64,000 bases of DNA from an uncultured Staphylococcaceae bacterium (lineage in GTDB: Bacteria > Bacillota_I > Bacilli_A > RFN20 > CAG-826). The position numbers were made by a program, and so were the translations under genes. Positions 8,998 through 19,182 of this stretch are shown in pieces. Location: contig CAZDEE010000005.1 of assembly GCA_964504595.1 (NCBI GenBank), positions 7,883 through 71,882 on the forward strand, written 5' to 3'. Under the pieces are notes generated by a model that was not told the origin of the DNA, searched no databases, and was given only the letters and a program-made list of their open reading frames with translations. Numbering within the stretch: position 1 is the first letter of the stretch; every line of letters begins with the position of its first letter.

Positions 8998-10713
8998 ATG
9001 AATAACATTTTTGAAATTGAGTACATTAGGAAATTTCCTTTTGTTAAAATTGGCAGAAGAAGTTTATTTCAAATAATTATTATTTCTTTTTGTGCGGGAG
9101 TAATAGGCTTTATTTTAGAAACCTTATTAATTTATATTTTTAGTGGAGTTCTTGTTGATCGTGGCTTTTTGTGCGGACCTTTTATTCCTATTTATGCTTT
9201 AGTAATATTTTTCTCTCTTTTATATATAAAAGTTAATAAACCATCGTTGAGTTATTTTATCAAATTATTTTTTATTTTTGGTTTTGGAATATCCGCGATT
9301 GAATTTGTTGTTGGCAATTTATGTGAATTATTATTGAATGTTGAATTATGGAATTATAATGATGTTTTTCCACTATCTTATAAATATGTTAGTTTTACTG
9401 TTGCAACTATATGGGGATTATTATGCTCTTTTAGTTTTGTTTATGTAATTCCTTTTTTTAAAAGAAAATTAGAAATAATGCCCCATCGTATTTATCCTTC
9501 ACTTATTATCATTTCTTCTTCTCTTTTTCTTTTAGATTTAATTATCACAATTTTAATAATTGTTAAAAATGGAAAGTATTATTCTTTGTATAAAATTGAT
9601 TCTTCCTTACAGCTAACTTTTTTTATGATAGGAATCGTTTTTTATATTTATGCATCGATTATTTTAGGAAAGTTTATTTATCATTATATTTTTAAAATAA
9701 AGAAAGTTTTTATAATTGTTTATATCGTAAGTTTATTTATACCAGTATTTTCCGTAATTGATTATATAAATAGATTTGCTTTACCATTATTTTCTTTTTT
9801 AGCTAGATTAGGCTTTATTGTTTTAGCGGTTTATATTTATTTTTTAATGTTTTTGTTTTTAATATTAATAATAGCGAATATTTTTAGATGCTTTTTTACT
9901 AATAATAAAAGGCATTATCGTATTTATTTATCATCATCATTAATCCTCTCGATCGTCATTACTTTTTTTGGTTTTTATAGTGCACATAATCCTTCATTTT
10001 CTTATTTAAAAATTGGAGAAGGAAATAATAATTATCGAATTGTATGTGTAAGTGATGTTCATTATAAAACGACCGGATATCGACCAGATTTAGAAAAAAT
10101 GGTTAATATGATTAATTCGGCTGATGCAGATATTGTATTTTTATTAGGAGATATAATAGACGCTAAAAGTGATGATATTAATAAAAATTATTTCTTTACT
10201 AATTTAGATTGTATTAAATCAAAATATGGGATTTTTGCGATTGTTGGAAATCATGAATTGAATTATAATTCGTTAAGTGAAATAAAGTCTTTATATAATC
10301 AAACAAAAATAAAATTATTATTGGATGAGGTTGTTTGTATTAATAATGAAATCGCGGTTGTTGGGAGAATTGATGACTCATCTAAACAAAGAAAATCATT
10401 GAGTGATTTAATTGAAGGTGTTAATTTACCGATAATGGTTTTAGATCATCAGCCTATAACATTTAACGAAAGTATAAAATGTGGTATTAATTACCAATTA
10501 TCAGGACATACGCATAATGGACAAATGTTTCCGATGAATTACATTGTGAAAATGTATAATTCTTTTTTGGGTGATATTCCTCTTAGCAGCGGTCTTTATA
10601 AAAAAGATAATAAATATTTATTTATTTCCAAAGGTTATGGATGTTGGGGATTTCCATTAAGAACTTCTGGTAGAGGTGAAATTGCTATTATTGATTTGTT
10701 CTTAGATGAATAA
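8998..10713 (+). CDS. Membrane protein: CmpB-type putative ABC permease domain fused to a YkuE-like metallophosphoesterase
   Basis: N-terminal RGFLCGPFIPIY...IEF...LWNY; C-terminal SDVH, LGDIID, GNHE, DHQP, SGHTHNGQ. Confidence 0.8.
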   Translation: MNNIFEIEYIRKFPFVKIGRRSLFQIIIISFCAGVIGFILETLLIYIFSGVLVDRGFLCGPFIPIYALVIFFSLLYIKVNKPSLSYFIKLFFIFGFGISAIEFVVGNLCELLLNVELWNYNDVFPLSYKYVSFTVATIWGLLCSFSFVYVIPFFKRKLEIMPHRIYPSLIIISSSLFLLDLIITILIIVKNGKYYSLYKIDSSLQLTFFMIGIVFYIYASIILGKFIYHYIFKIKKVFIIVYIVSLFIPVFSVIDYINRFALPLFSFLARLGFIVLAVYIYFLMFLFLILIIANIFRCFFTNNKRHYRIYLSSSLILSIVITFFGFYSAHNPSFSYLKIGEGNNNYRIVCVSDVHYKTTGYRPDLEKMVNMINSADADIVFLLGDIIDAKSDDINKNYFFTNLDCIKSKYGIFAIVGNHELNYNSLSEIKSLYNQTKIKLLLDEVVCINNEIAVVGRIDDSSKQRKSLSDLIEGVNLPIMVLDHQPITFNESIKCGINYQLSGHTHNGQMFPMNYIVKMYNSFLGDIPLSSGLYKKDNKYLFISKGYGCWGFPLRTSGRGEIAIIDLFLDE

Positions 10714-10736
10714 AATAGTAAATGTCCGCCATAATA
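10708..10736 (+). promoter_or_regulatory. SigmaG-like promoter
   Basis: GAATA-N17-CATAATA upstream of the 68-aa gene. Confidence 0.5.
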
Positions 10737-10769
10737 ATAACGGAAGGAAACTTCTAGAAAGGGAAAAAT

Positions 10770-10976
10770 ATGTATAGTAGAAATCGTCAAATAACATGTA
10801 GACCATGTAAAGAAGAAAATAATTGGGAAATTGAAACTCCGGAGGGAGATGTCTTAGATAGGCATTATCGTAGCCGTCAAGAATGTTTAGAGGCTGGATT
10901 AAGATATGCAGAAGAATATGGTTGCGATTTACATGTTTGCAGCTGTGGATGTCGAAAAGAAAGAAAAATGTATTAA
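10770..10976 (+). CDS. Small Cys-rich DUF2188-like protein
   Basis: WEI...G.....HY.SRQEC.EAG..YA.E.GC.L.V pattern; RBS AAGGGA; has its own terminator. Confidence 0.55.
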   Translation: MYSRNRQITCRPCKEENNWEIETPEGDVLDRHYRSRQECLEAGLRYAEEYGCDLHVCSCGCRKERKMY

Positions 10977-10980
10977 TAAA

Positions 10981-11005
10981 GACGAGCGTTTAGCTCGTTT
11001 TTTTC
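10981..11005 (+). terminator. Rho-independent terminator
   Basis: ACGAGC-GTTTA-GCTCGT then T-run. Confidence 0.7.
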
Positions 11006-11058
11006 TAGGAATTTACTCACTGAAGATGTTATACTAAATTGATAAGAGGGTGAGCAAG

Positions 11059-11724
11059 ATGAAACATATAAAAACGATTACTTCGGGATTATTAGCCGGA
11101 ATTCTTATTGGGATAGGTGGATTTGTTTTTGCGTTTGTAATGTCAAAAGCAACAGTGATTGGTGAAAATGTTTTAGCGGCTTTTCTTTTTTCTATTGGAC
11201 TTTTATTAATTTGCTCATTTGGATTTAATTTATATACAGGTAAAATAGGTTACTTATTTGATAACAAGCTCAGTTACGTTGTTGATTTAGGAGAAATGTT
11301 TTTTGGTAATTTTTTAGGAGCGGCATTAATGGGATTGTTAGTTAGAGGTTGTTCCTCTCAATTTAAAGATGCGATAACTAAATTAGAATCAATATGTGAA
11401 GTTAAATATTCCCATCCATGGTATACATTTATTCTTTTAGCTTTTGGATGTGGAATTCTTGTTTATTTAGCGGTTCGCCTTTTTAAAAGTGACCACCACC
11501 CAGTTATAAGAGTTTTTGGATTAGTATTATGTGTAACTGTATTTGTTGCTGTTGGTTTTGTTCACGTAATTGCTGAGATGTTTTATTTGGTCGCTGCTGG
11601 TAGGCTTGAATTAAAGACAATTCTTTATTTGTTATTAGCGGTCATTGGCAATAGTTTAGGAAGTATTTCTATAAATGAACTTATAAAAATAGTTAATAAA
11701 GAAGAAAAGAAGGAAAGCATGTAA
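11059..11724 (+). CDS. Formate/nitrite transporter family protein
   Basis: LAGILIGIG, LFSIGL, NLYTG, GNFLG, GCGILV, GFVHVIA, GNSLG. Confidence 0.85.
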   Translation: MKHIKTITSGLLAGILIGIGGFVFAFVMSKATVIGENVLAAFLFSIGLLLICSFGFNLYTGKIGYLFDNKLSYVVDLGEMFFGNFLGAALMGLLVRGCSSQFKDAITKLESICEVKYSHPWYTFILLAFGCGILVYLAVRLFKSDHHPVIRVFGLVLCVTVFVAVGFVHVIAEMFYLVAAGRLELKTILYLLLAVIGNSLGSISINELIKIVNKEEKKESM

Positions 11725-11735
11725 AAAAATAGTTA

Positions 11736-11763
11736 TTGACAAAAGGTTAGTTTATGGTATGAT
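11736..11763 (+). promoter_or_regulatory. SigmaA promoter of tRNA-Ala
   Basis: TTGACA...TGG-TATGAT. Confidence 0.65.
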
Positions 11764-11798
11764 TATTTGGCAGGCAAAAGTGTTGCTTGTGTGGTTCT

Positions 11799-11874
11799 GG
11801 GGCTGTAGCTCACCTGGGAGAGCGCTTCCATGGCATGGAAGAGGTAGCGAGTTCGATCCTCGTCAGCTCCACCA
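11799..11874 (+). tRNA. tRNA-Ala(GGC)
   Basis: GGGGCTG acceptor with G3-U70, anticodon arm CTTCC-ATGGCAT-GGAAG, TTCGA loop, ends ACCA. Confidence 0.95.
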
Positions 11875-12059
11875 TTTGATAACTAACAAGATTATGATTA
11901 CATAGTCTTGTTTTTATTCTTAAGACAATTTAGTTTTTTAAGTAGTGAATTATATATGTATTTTTACTACAGAAAGCCCTTAATTTTATTTTTTATAAGA
12001 AATTCTAAGCGTTTTTTATAAAATATATTAAATCGTATAAAACATAGGTAAGGATTTTT

Positions 12060-13343
12060 ATGAGTAATAAGTTAGAAAAAATTGAAGTTAATTATAGAAA
12101 CAAAAAAAGATATAGAATTAATTATGTTCCAATTAGGCAATCACGTTTTTTTACGTGGTTAATTTTTGTTTTATGTAAAATTTTATTGATAGGAAAAAAA
12201 GTTACTATTCAAAAAAAAGGATTAGAAGAATTAAAAGGCAAAAACTTTTTAGCGTTGAGTAATCATATGGAATTTATTGATTTTATTGTTACTGGTGCTG
12301 CTTTATATCCATATCGGGTAACTAATGTATGTGATGTTTTAGCATGTTATCGTATTTTTTATTTAATTAGAATGATAGGATCTATTACGACAAGAAGATA
12401 TGTAAATAACATTAAATTAGTGCAAGTTATCTTAAAATGTTTAAAAAATGATTATAACGTTGTTATGTATCCTGAAGCTAGATATTGTGCCTCTGGAATT
12501 ACATCTAGTATTCCTGTGTCTGTAGCTAAATTAGTTAAGATAGCCAAAGTACCTCTTGTTACAATTAAACATCAAGGTAATCATATCCATAAGCCATTTT
12601 GGAACTTCCGAAAAACAAGAAAAGTACCTCTTAATACAATTGTGGAATATACTTTGACGCCAGAGCAAATAGAGAAAATGAGTGTTGAAGAAATCCATGA
12701 AGTTATTAAAGATAGGATATCATATAACGAATATGACTATATAAAAGAAAATGGTATTTTAATTAAAGAAAAATATCGTGCTGAAAAGCTTCATAAAATT
12801 TTATATAAATGTCCACATTGTGGAAAGGAACATATGGACTCTAAAGGTACTGAAATATTTTGCTTAGAATGTGGTAAAAGATGGAATTTTAATGAAGATG
12901 GTTCTTTAAGTGCTTTAGAAGGTGAAACTTATTTTAAGGATATTCCTTCATGGTATTTATGGGAAAAAGAAGAAGTTAGAAAAGAAGTAAGAAATGGAAG
13001 CTATATTTATGAAGATGAAGTAGAAGTTTATGGATTTCCACGTTTCTGGCGGTTCATTAAAATTGGAAAAGCAAAAGTACGACATACAATTGAAGATGGA
13101 TTTGTTATTGAAGGAATATATCGTAAAAAACTTTATCGTATTTTAAAAGGACCTCTTGAAGCAGATAGTTTGCATGTTGAATACGATTTCTTACATATAA
13201 AACCTTATGATTGTTTTGATATTACTAACGAAGATGATTCTTATTATTGTTATACAGGTAAAAGAAATGTTTTAACTAAGCTTTCTCTCGCCGTTGAAGA
13301 AATTTATGCTTTACATATGGAAAGATTAAAAAAGCAATGTTAA
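12060..13343 (+). CDS. Lysophospholipid/1-acyl-G3P acyltransferase family protein with CxxC zinc-ribbon extension
   Basis: SNHMEFID (HX4D), MYPEAR, CPHCG...CLECG. Confidence 0.8.
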   Translation: MSNKLEKIEVNYRNKKRYRINYVPIRQSRFFTWLIFVLCKILLIGKKVTIQKKGLEELKGKNFLALSNHMEFIDFIVTGAALYPYRVTNVCDVLACYRIFYLIRMIGSITTRRYVNNIKLVQVILKCLKNDYNVVMYPEARYCASGITSSIPVSVAKLVKIAKVPLVTIKHQGNHIHKPFWNFRKTRKVPLNTIVEYTLTPEQIEKMSVEEIHEVIKDRISYNEYDYIKENGILIKEKYRAEKLHKILYKCPHCGKEHMDSKGTEIFCLECGKRWNFNEDGSLSALEGETYFKDIPSWYLWEKEEVRKEVRNGSYIYEDEVEVYGFPRFWRFIKIGKAKVRHTIEDGFVIEGIYRKKLYRILKGPLEADSLHVEYDFLHIKPYDCFDITNEDDSYYCYTGKRNVLTKLSLAVEEIYALHMERLKKQC

Positions 13344-13411
13344 AAATATATCAAATATGATGGAGAAAAAAATTAAAAAAATAAGAAAATATTATTATAT
13401 TCTGAAAATCT

Positions 13412-13445
13412 AAAAAATGATACAGATTGATTCTGTATCATTTTT
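13412..13445. terminator. Bidirectional terminator between convergent genes
   Basis: AAAAAATGATACAGA-TTGAT-TCTGTATCATTTTT. Confidence 0.75.
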
Positions 13446-13475
13446 GTTAACTTATAATTGATTTTAATGGATTAT

Positions 13476-14288
13476 TTATTGATTGTTTTCTTTGAAAAAG
13501 TCGCGTTTTTTAAATCCTGCAGTCATAAATCGTGTAAAGGCTCTAAATGATGTTAACCAAACGATTTTAGCATTATTCTTTTTATTTTTTATAACTCTAG
13601 GAACAATATATTCAGCGATAGTAGAAGGATAATCACCTAGAATGTTGTAGACTTTTTTGGTTTTCTCTTTAAGAACAATTTTTTCTCCATCTCCTAAGGA
13701 TGTGGTAATAAATCCAGTGATCATTATTCCGGGAGTGATTTTACCAACTTTAACATTTGTGGCAAGGACTTTTGCTTCATTTGCTAACGCTTCAGTAAAA
13801 TATGTTACTGCGCGTTTTGCAGTTCCATATATTGATAATCCGACGCTTACAGCATCATTGCTTCCATAACCTTCGACATTGAAGATTTGTCCATAGCCTT
13901 GTTTAATCATAATTGGCATAATTAATTTTGAGCAGATAATGGTTCCTTTTAAATCAATATCGATTAAACGATTAATATCTGTAGCGCTTAATTCCCAAAT
14001 TGGCTTATCTGGTTGATTGACACCAGCATTGTTAATCCAAAAATCAATAGAACCAATTTCATTTAGAACTTCATCGATTAGATTTGCAACTTCATCTTCA
14101 TTAGTAACATCCGCTTTTAAAGATAAAACTAATCCTTGGCCTTCTTCTTTTTGAAGTTTTTCTTTGGCGTCTTTTAAAGCTTCTTCATTAATATCACAAA
14201 GAACAGTATTAAAGTTAGCTTTTCTAAATAATTTAATCATTTCGTATCCAAATCCTCGGGCGCTGCCGGTAATAACAACAGTTTTCAT
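13476..14288 (-). CDS. SDR family oxidoreductase
   Basis: TGSARGFG, WINNAG, YGTAK (YxxxK). Confidence 0.9.
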   Translation of the reverse strand: MKTVVITGSARGFGYEMIKLFRKANFNTVLCDINEEALKDAKEKLQKEEGQGLVLSLKADVTNEDEVANLIDEVLNEIGSIDFWINNAGVNQPDKPIWELSATDINRLIDIDLKGTIICSKLIMPIMIKQGYGQIFNVEGYGSNDAVSVGLSIYGTAKRAVTYFTEALANEAKVLATNVKVGKITPGIMITGFITTSLGDGEKIVLKEKTKKVYNILGDYPSTIAEYIVPRVIKNKKNNAKIVWLTSFRAFTRFMTAGFKKRDFFKENNQ

Positions 14289-14589
14289 ATTTCCTCCTAG
14301 TTATTACTTATTTATTCAAGTGAAAGAGAATTAAGTAATAAAATAATATCTATAAACTTATTGTAGCACTATTTTATGATAAATATTAGAATTTTATTAT
14401 TGCGCTTCAAAAATAGAATTAAATATCACTTAAATTGGTGATAATCAATCAAAATAATTACTTAATGATGCACTTTTAAAGTATATAAATTAAGTTTACT
14501 TAATGATTAATAAGGTGATATAATAAACAATAACAAAAGCAAGAGACATTTTTATAATGTTTCTTATGTTTTTTTTAAGGAGCTTTCGT

Positions 14590-15960
14590 ATGAAACTATG
14601 GTTGAATAAGCATATTAAAACAATTGGTTTAATTGGAATTGCCTTATATATGTATTTAATTTGGATATTTCCATATTTTGGACGTTTTCATCTTTTATCA
14701 TCATCTGTTATTCGCCCCTTTGAAATAATTGGTGTCATTATAATTGGAATTGCGGCTGGTTTATTACTAGCATTTAAGAGGGATTCATATTGGTTTACTG
14801 CATTGTTAGTATTTACGCCATTTATATTTGCACGGCCGTTTACGGCAAAAACGATTCCGTGGGAATTGATTGTAGCAGTATGTTTTGCGGTTGCAGGATT
14901 AATTATTTCTTTAATTAGATTTAAATTTAAATTAGAACAAGGACCATTTTTTATCGGTTTAGCTATATTTGCTATAAGCTGTATTTCTGGAGGACTTTTT
15001 AACTTCCATAAGATTTATTTACTTCAATTTTTAGTTGTTTCCTTAATGGTTGTTGCCTTATTAGTTTTATTTATATATCTTCATTCAACTTGTACAATTT
15101 CTTTTTTAGAACTATCAAAAATAATGTTCGCTTTAGCTATGTTTATTACAATGCAATGCTTTGCCTATTTATTTACAGGTTCTAGTTTTTCTCAAGTATT
15201 AAGCTATAAGGGAATGGATCTAGGATGGGGAATATCGAATAATGTAGCAACAATAATGGTTTTAGTAGCTCCATTTACATACTATTTAGTATTTTATTAT
15301 CAAAGATGGAAAGGCTTATTATTCGCGGTTTTATTTATTCCTCAAACAATTGCAACAATTTTTACTTATTCACGGGGAGGAATTGCCGCTTTCGTGTTGA
15401 TGGCATTTATTACTTATGGTTATGGATTTTTTGTTGTAAAAGATCGCTTTACGTATTTCTTGTTAGGAGCAGGTGCGGTAGTAAGTGTCCTTCTTATTAT
15501 TTCTTTAGGATTAGCGTATAAACCAGAAGTTATGAAAAAAATGTTTAATATCATAAATGTTGAATCAGGAGATATGAATGCGAGACTTGATATTTATAAA
15601 ACATATTTATCTCATTTAAAACCTAATTTCTTCTTTGGGAAAGGGATGTTTGAACCATTTAATACTCATTTTGATTTAGGTGTACCAAATGGAACTAATT
15701 ATTTATGGGGACATGGAACTTGGATTCATTGTCTATACACAACTGGTATATTTGGCTTAATTGCTTGGTTATTCCATACTATAAGCAAATATGTATTTCT
15801 TTTAAAAGAGCATTCTAAAGAAACTATGATTGTCTTTTCGGCATTTTTCTTTTCTGGATTATATGGAATGATTGACGTTAGTTTTTATTTTATAAATTAC
15901 ATGGTCGTATTTATTATTATATTATCGTTTTTTAGAAAAAAAGATTTAAAAGGAGAATAG
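14590..15960 (+). CDS. O-antigen ligase (Wzy_C) family membrane protein
   Basis: Polytopic; TYSRGG, R..IY, FFGKG, HGTW...LYTTGIFGL; AAGGAG RBS before ATG 14590. Confidence 0.75.
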   Translation: MKLWLNKHIKTIGLIGIALYMYLIWIFPYFGRFHLLSSSVIRPFEIIGVIIIGIAAGLLLAFKRDSYWFTALLVFTPFIFARPFTAKTIPWELIVAVCFAVAGLIISLIRFKFKLEQGPFFIGLAIFAISCISGGLFNFHKIYLLQFLVVSLMVVALLVLFIYLHSTCTISFLELSKIMFALAMFITMQCFAYLFTGSSFSQVLSYKGMDLGWGISNNVATIMVLVAPFTYYLVFYYQRWKGLLFAVLFIPQTIATIFTYSRGGIAAFVLMAFITYGYGFFVVKDRFTYFLLGAGAVVSVLLIISLGLAYKPEVMKKMFNIINVESGDMNARLDIYKTYLSHLKPNFFFGKGMFEPFNTHFDLGVPNGTNYLWGHGTWIHCLYTTGIFGLIAWLFHTISKYVFLLKEHSKETMIVFSAFFFSGLYGMIDVSFYFINYMVVFIIILSFFRKKDLKGE

Positions 15961-15966
15961 AAAAAC

Positions 15967-16725
15967 ATGTATGATTTCTTCTTTAATGATGTTGCGGGAT
16001 TATTTTCTTTTCAACATTTGATATTCATTGTATTGTCTATAGCCTTAATAAGTCTATTAGTGTTTTTGTATTTGAAAAAGTTTGTTGGTAAAGAACAAAA
16101 GATATTATTAGGAGCCTTTATTTTATTAGTGATATTAGAAATAGCTAAGATATGCTATGTTTGTTTTTATCAAAAATTGAGTAGTAAATTAGATGATTGG
16201 GTACCTCTTTATTTCTGTAGTTTAACTTTATATGCTTTAGGATTATCTTCTTTAGGAAAAGGAAAAATAAAAATAATAGGGGATTGTTTTTTGTTTTTTG
16301 GAGGAATAGTATCAGGAATTGCGTTTTTGTTTTATCCTTCAACAGCGTTGATAATTAGACCTTTACTTCATCCTTTAACAATACATAGTCTTGTATATCA
16401 TTGTATTTCCGTATTTGTGGGTATTATGATTGCGTTAAAAGGAGATTTAAAACCAAATATTAAACATTTAATATCATACTTAGAATTTACGATCTTATTT
16501 ACAATTATTGCATATATAGTTAATGTTATATTTGATCAAAATTTTATGCTTATTAATACACCCTGGAAAGTTCCTGCTTTACAACTTATTTATGATATTA
16601 CAGGCGTTTTATATCCTATTACCATTGCTTTAGGTCAAATATTATTAACTTTCTTTGTTAGCTTATATGGCTATAAATTGGTTGTATATTTAATAAGAAG
16701 GAGAAAAAAACATGTTTCTGTTTGA
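15967..16725 (+). CDS. YwaF/TMEM164-family integral membrane protein
   Basis: FSFQHL, LEIAK, VPLYFCS, HSLVYH, NFML. Confidence 0.75.
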   Translation: MYDFFFNDVAGLFSFQHLIFIVLSIALISLLVFLYLKKFVGKEQKILLGAFILLVILEIAKICYVCFYQKLSSKLDDWVPLYFCSLTLYALGLSSLGKGKIKIIGDCFLFFGGIVSGIAFLFYPSTALIIRPLLHPLTIHSLVYHCISVFVGIMIALKGDLKPNIKHLISYLEFTILFTIIAYIVNVIFDQNFMLINTPWKVPALQLIYDITGVLYPITIALGQILLTFFVSLYGYKLVVYLIRRRKKHVSV

Positions 16726-17515
16726 TTTCTTTAGTCCAAAAGATCCATCTCATCAAAGTGAGTTGTTTTCAACTACTCATTTAATCTTTTTAGTATTAAG
16801 TATTTTGTTAATGATATGCTTGTTATATATTTTTAGAAATACAAAAGAAAAAGGTATGAATAGATATTTAAAGATTATGACTTTTTTTATTGCTGCTTTA
16901 GAAATCACAAAAATAATATGGGAAGGTAGCATTGATATTTCAAGTGGTAATGGCTTTAATTATGGAGGACTTTTGCCTTTGTATTTATGTAGTATGTTCA
17001 TTTATACTTTGCCTTTTGCGGCATTTGGAAAAGGTAAAGTTAAACAAGCTTCATTAGGCTTTTTAGCATCTTTAGGAATAGTTGGAGGATTATCTAATTT
17101 AATTTTTACTCAAATGCTTGTTTATTATCCATTTTTCCATTTTTCGACTTTTGTTTCGATTATATTTCATTTTTTAATGGCGTTTACAGGTTTTTTAATT
17201 GTTATAACTAATTGTATAAAATTTGATAAAAAAGATTATTATTTGTCATTTATTCCAACGTTAATATTTTCACTTTTTGTTATTCCAATTGCATATACAT
17301 TACAAGCAAAAGGATTTTACAATGATTATATGCTTTTATTACATGGAAATGGAGTACCTTTATTGAATGATTTAGGTAATTTATTATATAAGAGTAATCT
17401 TCAATGGTTATTTACTATTATTATGTTATTTGTTTTATATGGAGTTACAGTGTTGATGGTATTCTTAATGAGTAAATTACAAATATTTATTAATAAAAAG
17501 AAAGTGGCGGATTAA
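16712..17515 (+). CDS. YwaF/TMEM164-family integral membrane protein (tandem paralog)
   Basis: FSTTHL, LEITK, LPLYLCS, SIIFH, DYML. Confidence 0.75.
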   Translation: MFLFDFFSPKDPSHQSELFSTTHLIFLVLSILLMICLLYIFRNTKEKGMNRYLKIMTFFIAALEITKIIWEGSIDISSGNGFNYGGLLPLYLCSMFIYTLPFAAFGKGKVKQASLGFLASLGIVGGLSNLIFTQMLVYYPFFHFSTFVSIIFHFLMAFTGFLIVITNCIKFDKKDYYLSFIPTLIFSLFVIPIAYTLQAKGFYNDYMLLLHGNGVPLLNDLGNLLYKSNLQWLFTIIMLFVLYGVTVLMVFLMSKLQIFINKKKVAD

Positions 17516-17552
17516 TATATATACCGTCACTTTATAATTATTATGATTATTA

Positions 17553-17897
17553 TTAATATTTTTGCTTTCTAATTTTGCCATCTTTTTTATGAATCATAAT
17601 GCTTCCTTTTTGCGTTTCTGCAAGTTTTTTAGCATAATTGATGGCTTCAAGTTGTGTAGCAAAAGTTTTGATTGCTTTTGCGCCTTTTGCAAATTTAACT
17701 TGCCATTTTCCGTCTTCTCTAATAGAAATATGATAAACACGAGGACGTTCTTTTTTTTCTTTTTCTTCAATTTTATCTTCTTCTATGATTTCAACTTCTT
17801 TTACTTCTTCAACTTTTTTTTCTTTTTTTGCGGTAGTCTTTACTTTAGAAGTACTTTTCTTAGGTTCTGCTTTCATTTTTTTATTCCTCACTTTCAT
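17553..17897 (-). CDS. DUF2188-domain protein with Lys/Glu-rich N-terminus
   Basis: YHIS...GKWQVK..G..KAIKTF.TQ.EAI..AK.LA....GSIMIHKKDGKIR. Confidence 0.8.
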   Translation of the reverse strand: MKVRNKKMKAEPKKSTSKVKTTAKKEKKVEEVKEVEIIEEDKIEEKEKKERPRVYHISIREDGKWQVKFAKGAKAIKTFATQLEAINYAKKLAETQKGSIMIHKKDGKIRKQKY

Positions 17898-18177
17898 TTT
17901 CTACTTTGTTAACTTTTATTTCATCGTCATTTAAAGTTTCTTCTCTTGAAATTATTGTTATAGTTTCTAAAGGAACATCAAGTTCTTCAACTTCTGTAAT
18001 ACTTTTTAATACACTATTTTTCTTATTATGTTTTGTATAATGGATGATTAATATTGTTAAAACAAATAATATAATGACTAAAAAGATAAACATCCATAAT
18101 GTTACAGAAAAGCCTTTAATTCTAAAGATTTCTCTTCTAAAACTATTAAGGAAAACTTGCAACGATGATAAAGTCAT
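17881..18177 (-). CDS. Hypothetical single-TM protein
   Basis: AAGGAG RBS, one hydrophobic helix, overlaps the start of the downstream gene. Confidence 0.55.
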   Translation of the reverse strand: MTLSSLQVFLNSFRREIFRIKGFSVTLWMFIFLVIILFVLTILIIHYTKHNKKNSVLKSITEVEELDVPLETITIISREETLNDDEIKVNKVENESEE

Positions 18178-18282
18178 AAAAGTAATCTCCTTTTTAAGAA
18201 TTATAACATTTAGTCAACTTTCTTACTAGTGGTAATTTTCTTAAAAATAATGTATCCTTATCTTGCTAAGGAAATAATGATT

Positions 18283-19182
18283 ATGGATCAAGTAAGTATT
18301 AAAATTTTAAGAAAACAAAGTGGACTAACAATTAAAGAGTATTTAAAATCAATGCATGTTGGGCGTGGTAAAATAGAAGAAATCCGCGTTAATAAAAGTG
18401 CTTTTTTAAACAATGAACAAGTTGATTTAGATACTTCTATAAAAGAAGGAGATATTTTAAAATTCATCTTTAATGAAAAGATTGATGTTATTCCTTCAAA
18501 TGAACAACAATTAGAAGTTTTATATGAAGATGAAAATGTTTTAATTGTTAATAAACCAAGTGGTTATTTAATTCATAGTGATGGAATTAACACCACTCCA
18601 ACTTTATGTTCTTTAGTGGCTTCTTATTACTATCAACATAAGATATATAGACCCGTTAGATATATTCATCGTTTAGATTTTGAAACAACGGGAATAGTTT
18701 TATTTGCTAAAGATTTCTTAAGTGAAGCAAAATTGCATGGTGATATGGAAAGACATTTAATAAAAAGAGAATATGTTGGTATTGCAACGAATAAATTTAA
18801 AAATCTAGAAGGAAAAATAGATTCTCCTATTGGTAAAGATCGCCATAATTCTAAGAAAATGAGAATATCAAAATCAGGACAAACTGCAGTTACTTATTAT
18901 CGAGTATTAAATAGTTTTAAAGGATATTCTTTGGTTAATTTTTCTTTAGAAACAGGACGTACTCATCAAATAAGAGTGCATATGGCAAGCATTAATCATC
19001 CATTATTAGGAGATAGTTTATATGGTAAAGCAAGTGATAAAATTGCAAGAGTGGCTCTTCATTCATCAAAAATCACCTTTTTTCACCCAATTTCGGGCGA
19101 ATTAATAAATATTTTATGTGTTTTACCTTCTGATTTCTGTGCTATAATAAAAAAAGAGGAGCGTGGAAATTATGAAAAATAA
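18283..19182 (+). CDS. RluA/RluD family pseudouridine synthase
   Basis: VNKPSG, HRLDFETTG, ETGRTHQIRVH, HPLLGD.LYG, LHS. Confidence 0.95.
   Translation: MDQVSIKILRKQSGLTIKEYLKSMHVGRGKIEEIRVNKSAFLNNEQVDLDTSIKEGDILKFIFNEKIDVIPSNEQQLEVLYEDENVLIVNKPSGYLIHSDGINTTPTLCSLVASYYYQHKIYRPVRYIHRLDFETTGIVLFAKDFLSEAKLHGDMERHLIKREYVGIATNKFKNLEGKIDSPIGKDRHNSKKMRISKSGQTAVTYYRVLNSFKGYSLVNFSLETGRTHQIRVHMASINHPLLGDSLYGKASDKIARVALHSSKITFFHPISGELINILCVLPSDFCAIIKKEERGNYEK

Noticed and set aside
2400-9000. CRISPR array or cas13d next to the WYL1-like gene
   Set aside because: No regularly spaced direct repeats and no large HEPN (RxxxxH) effector seen here or elsewhere in the window.
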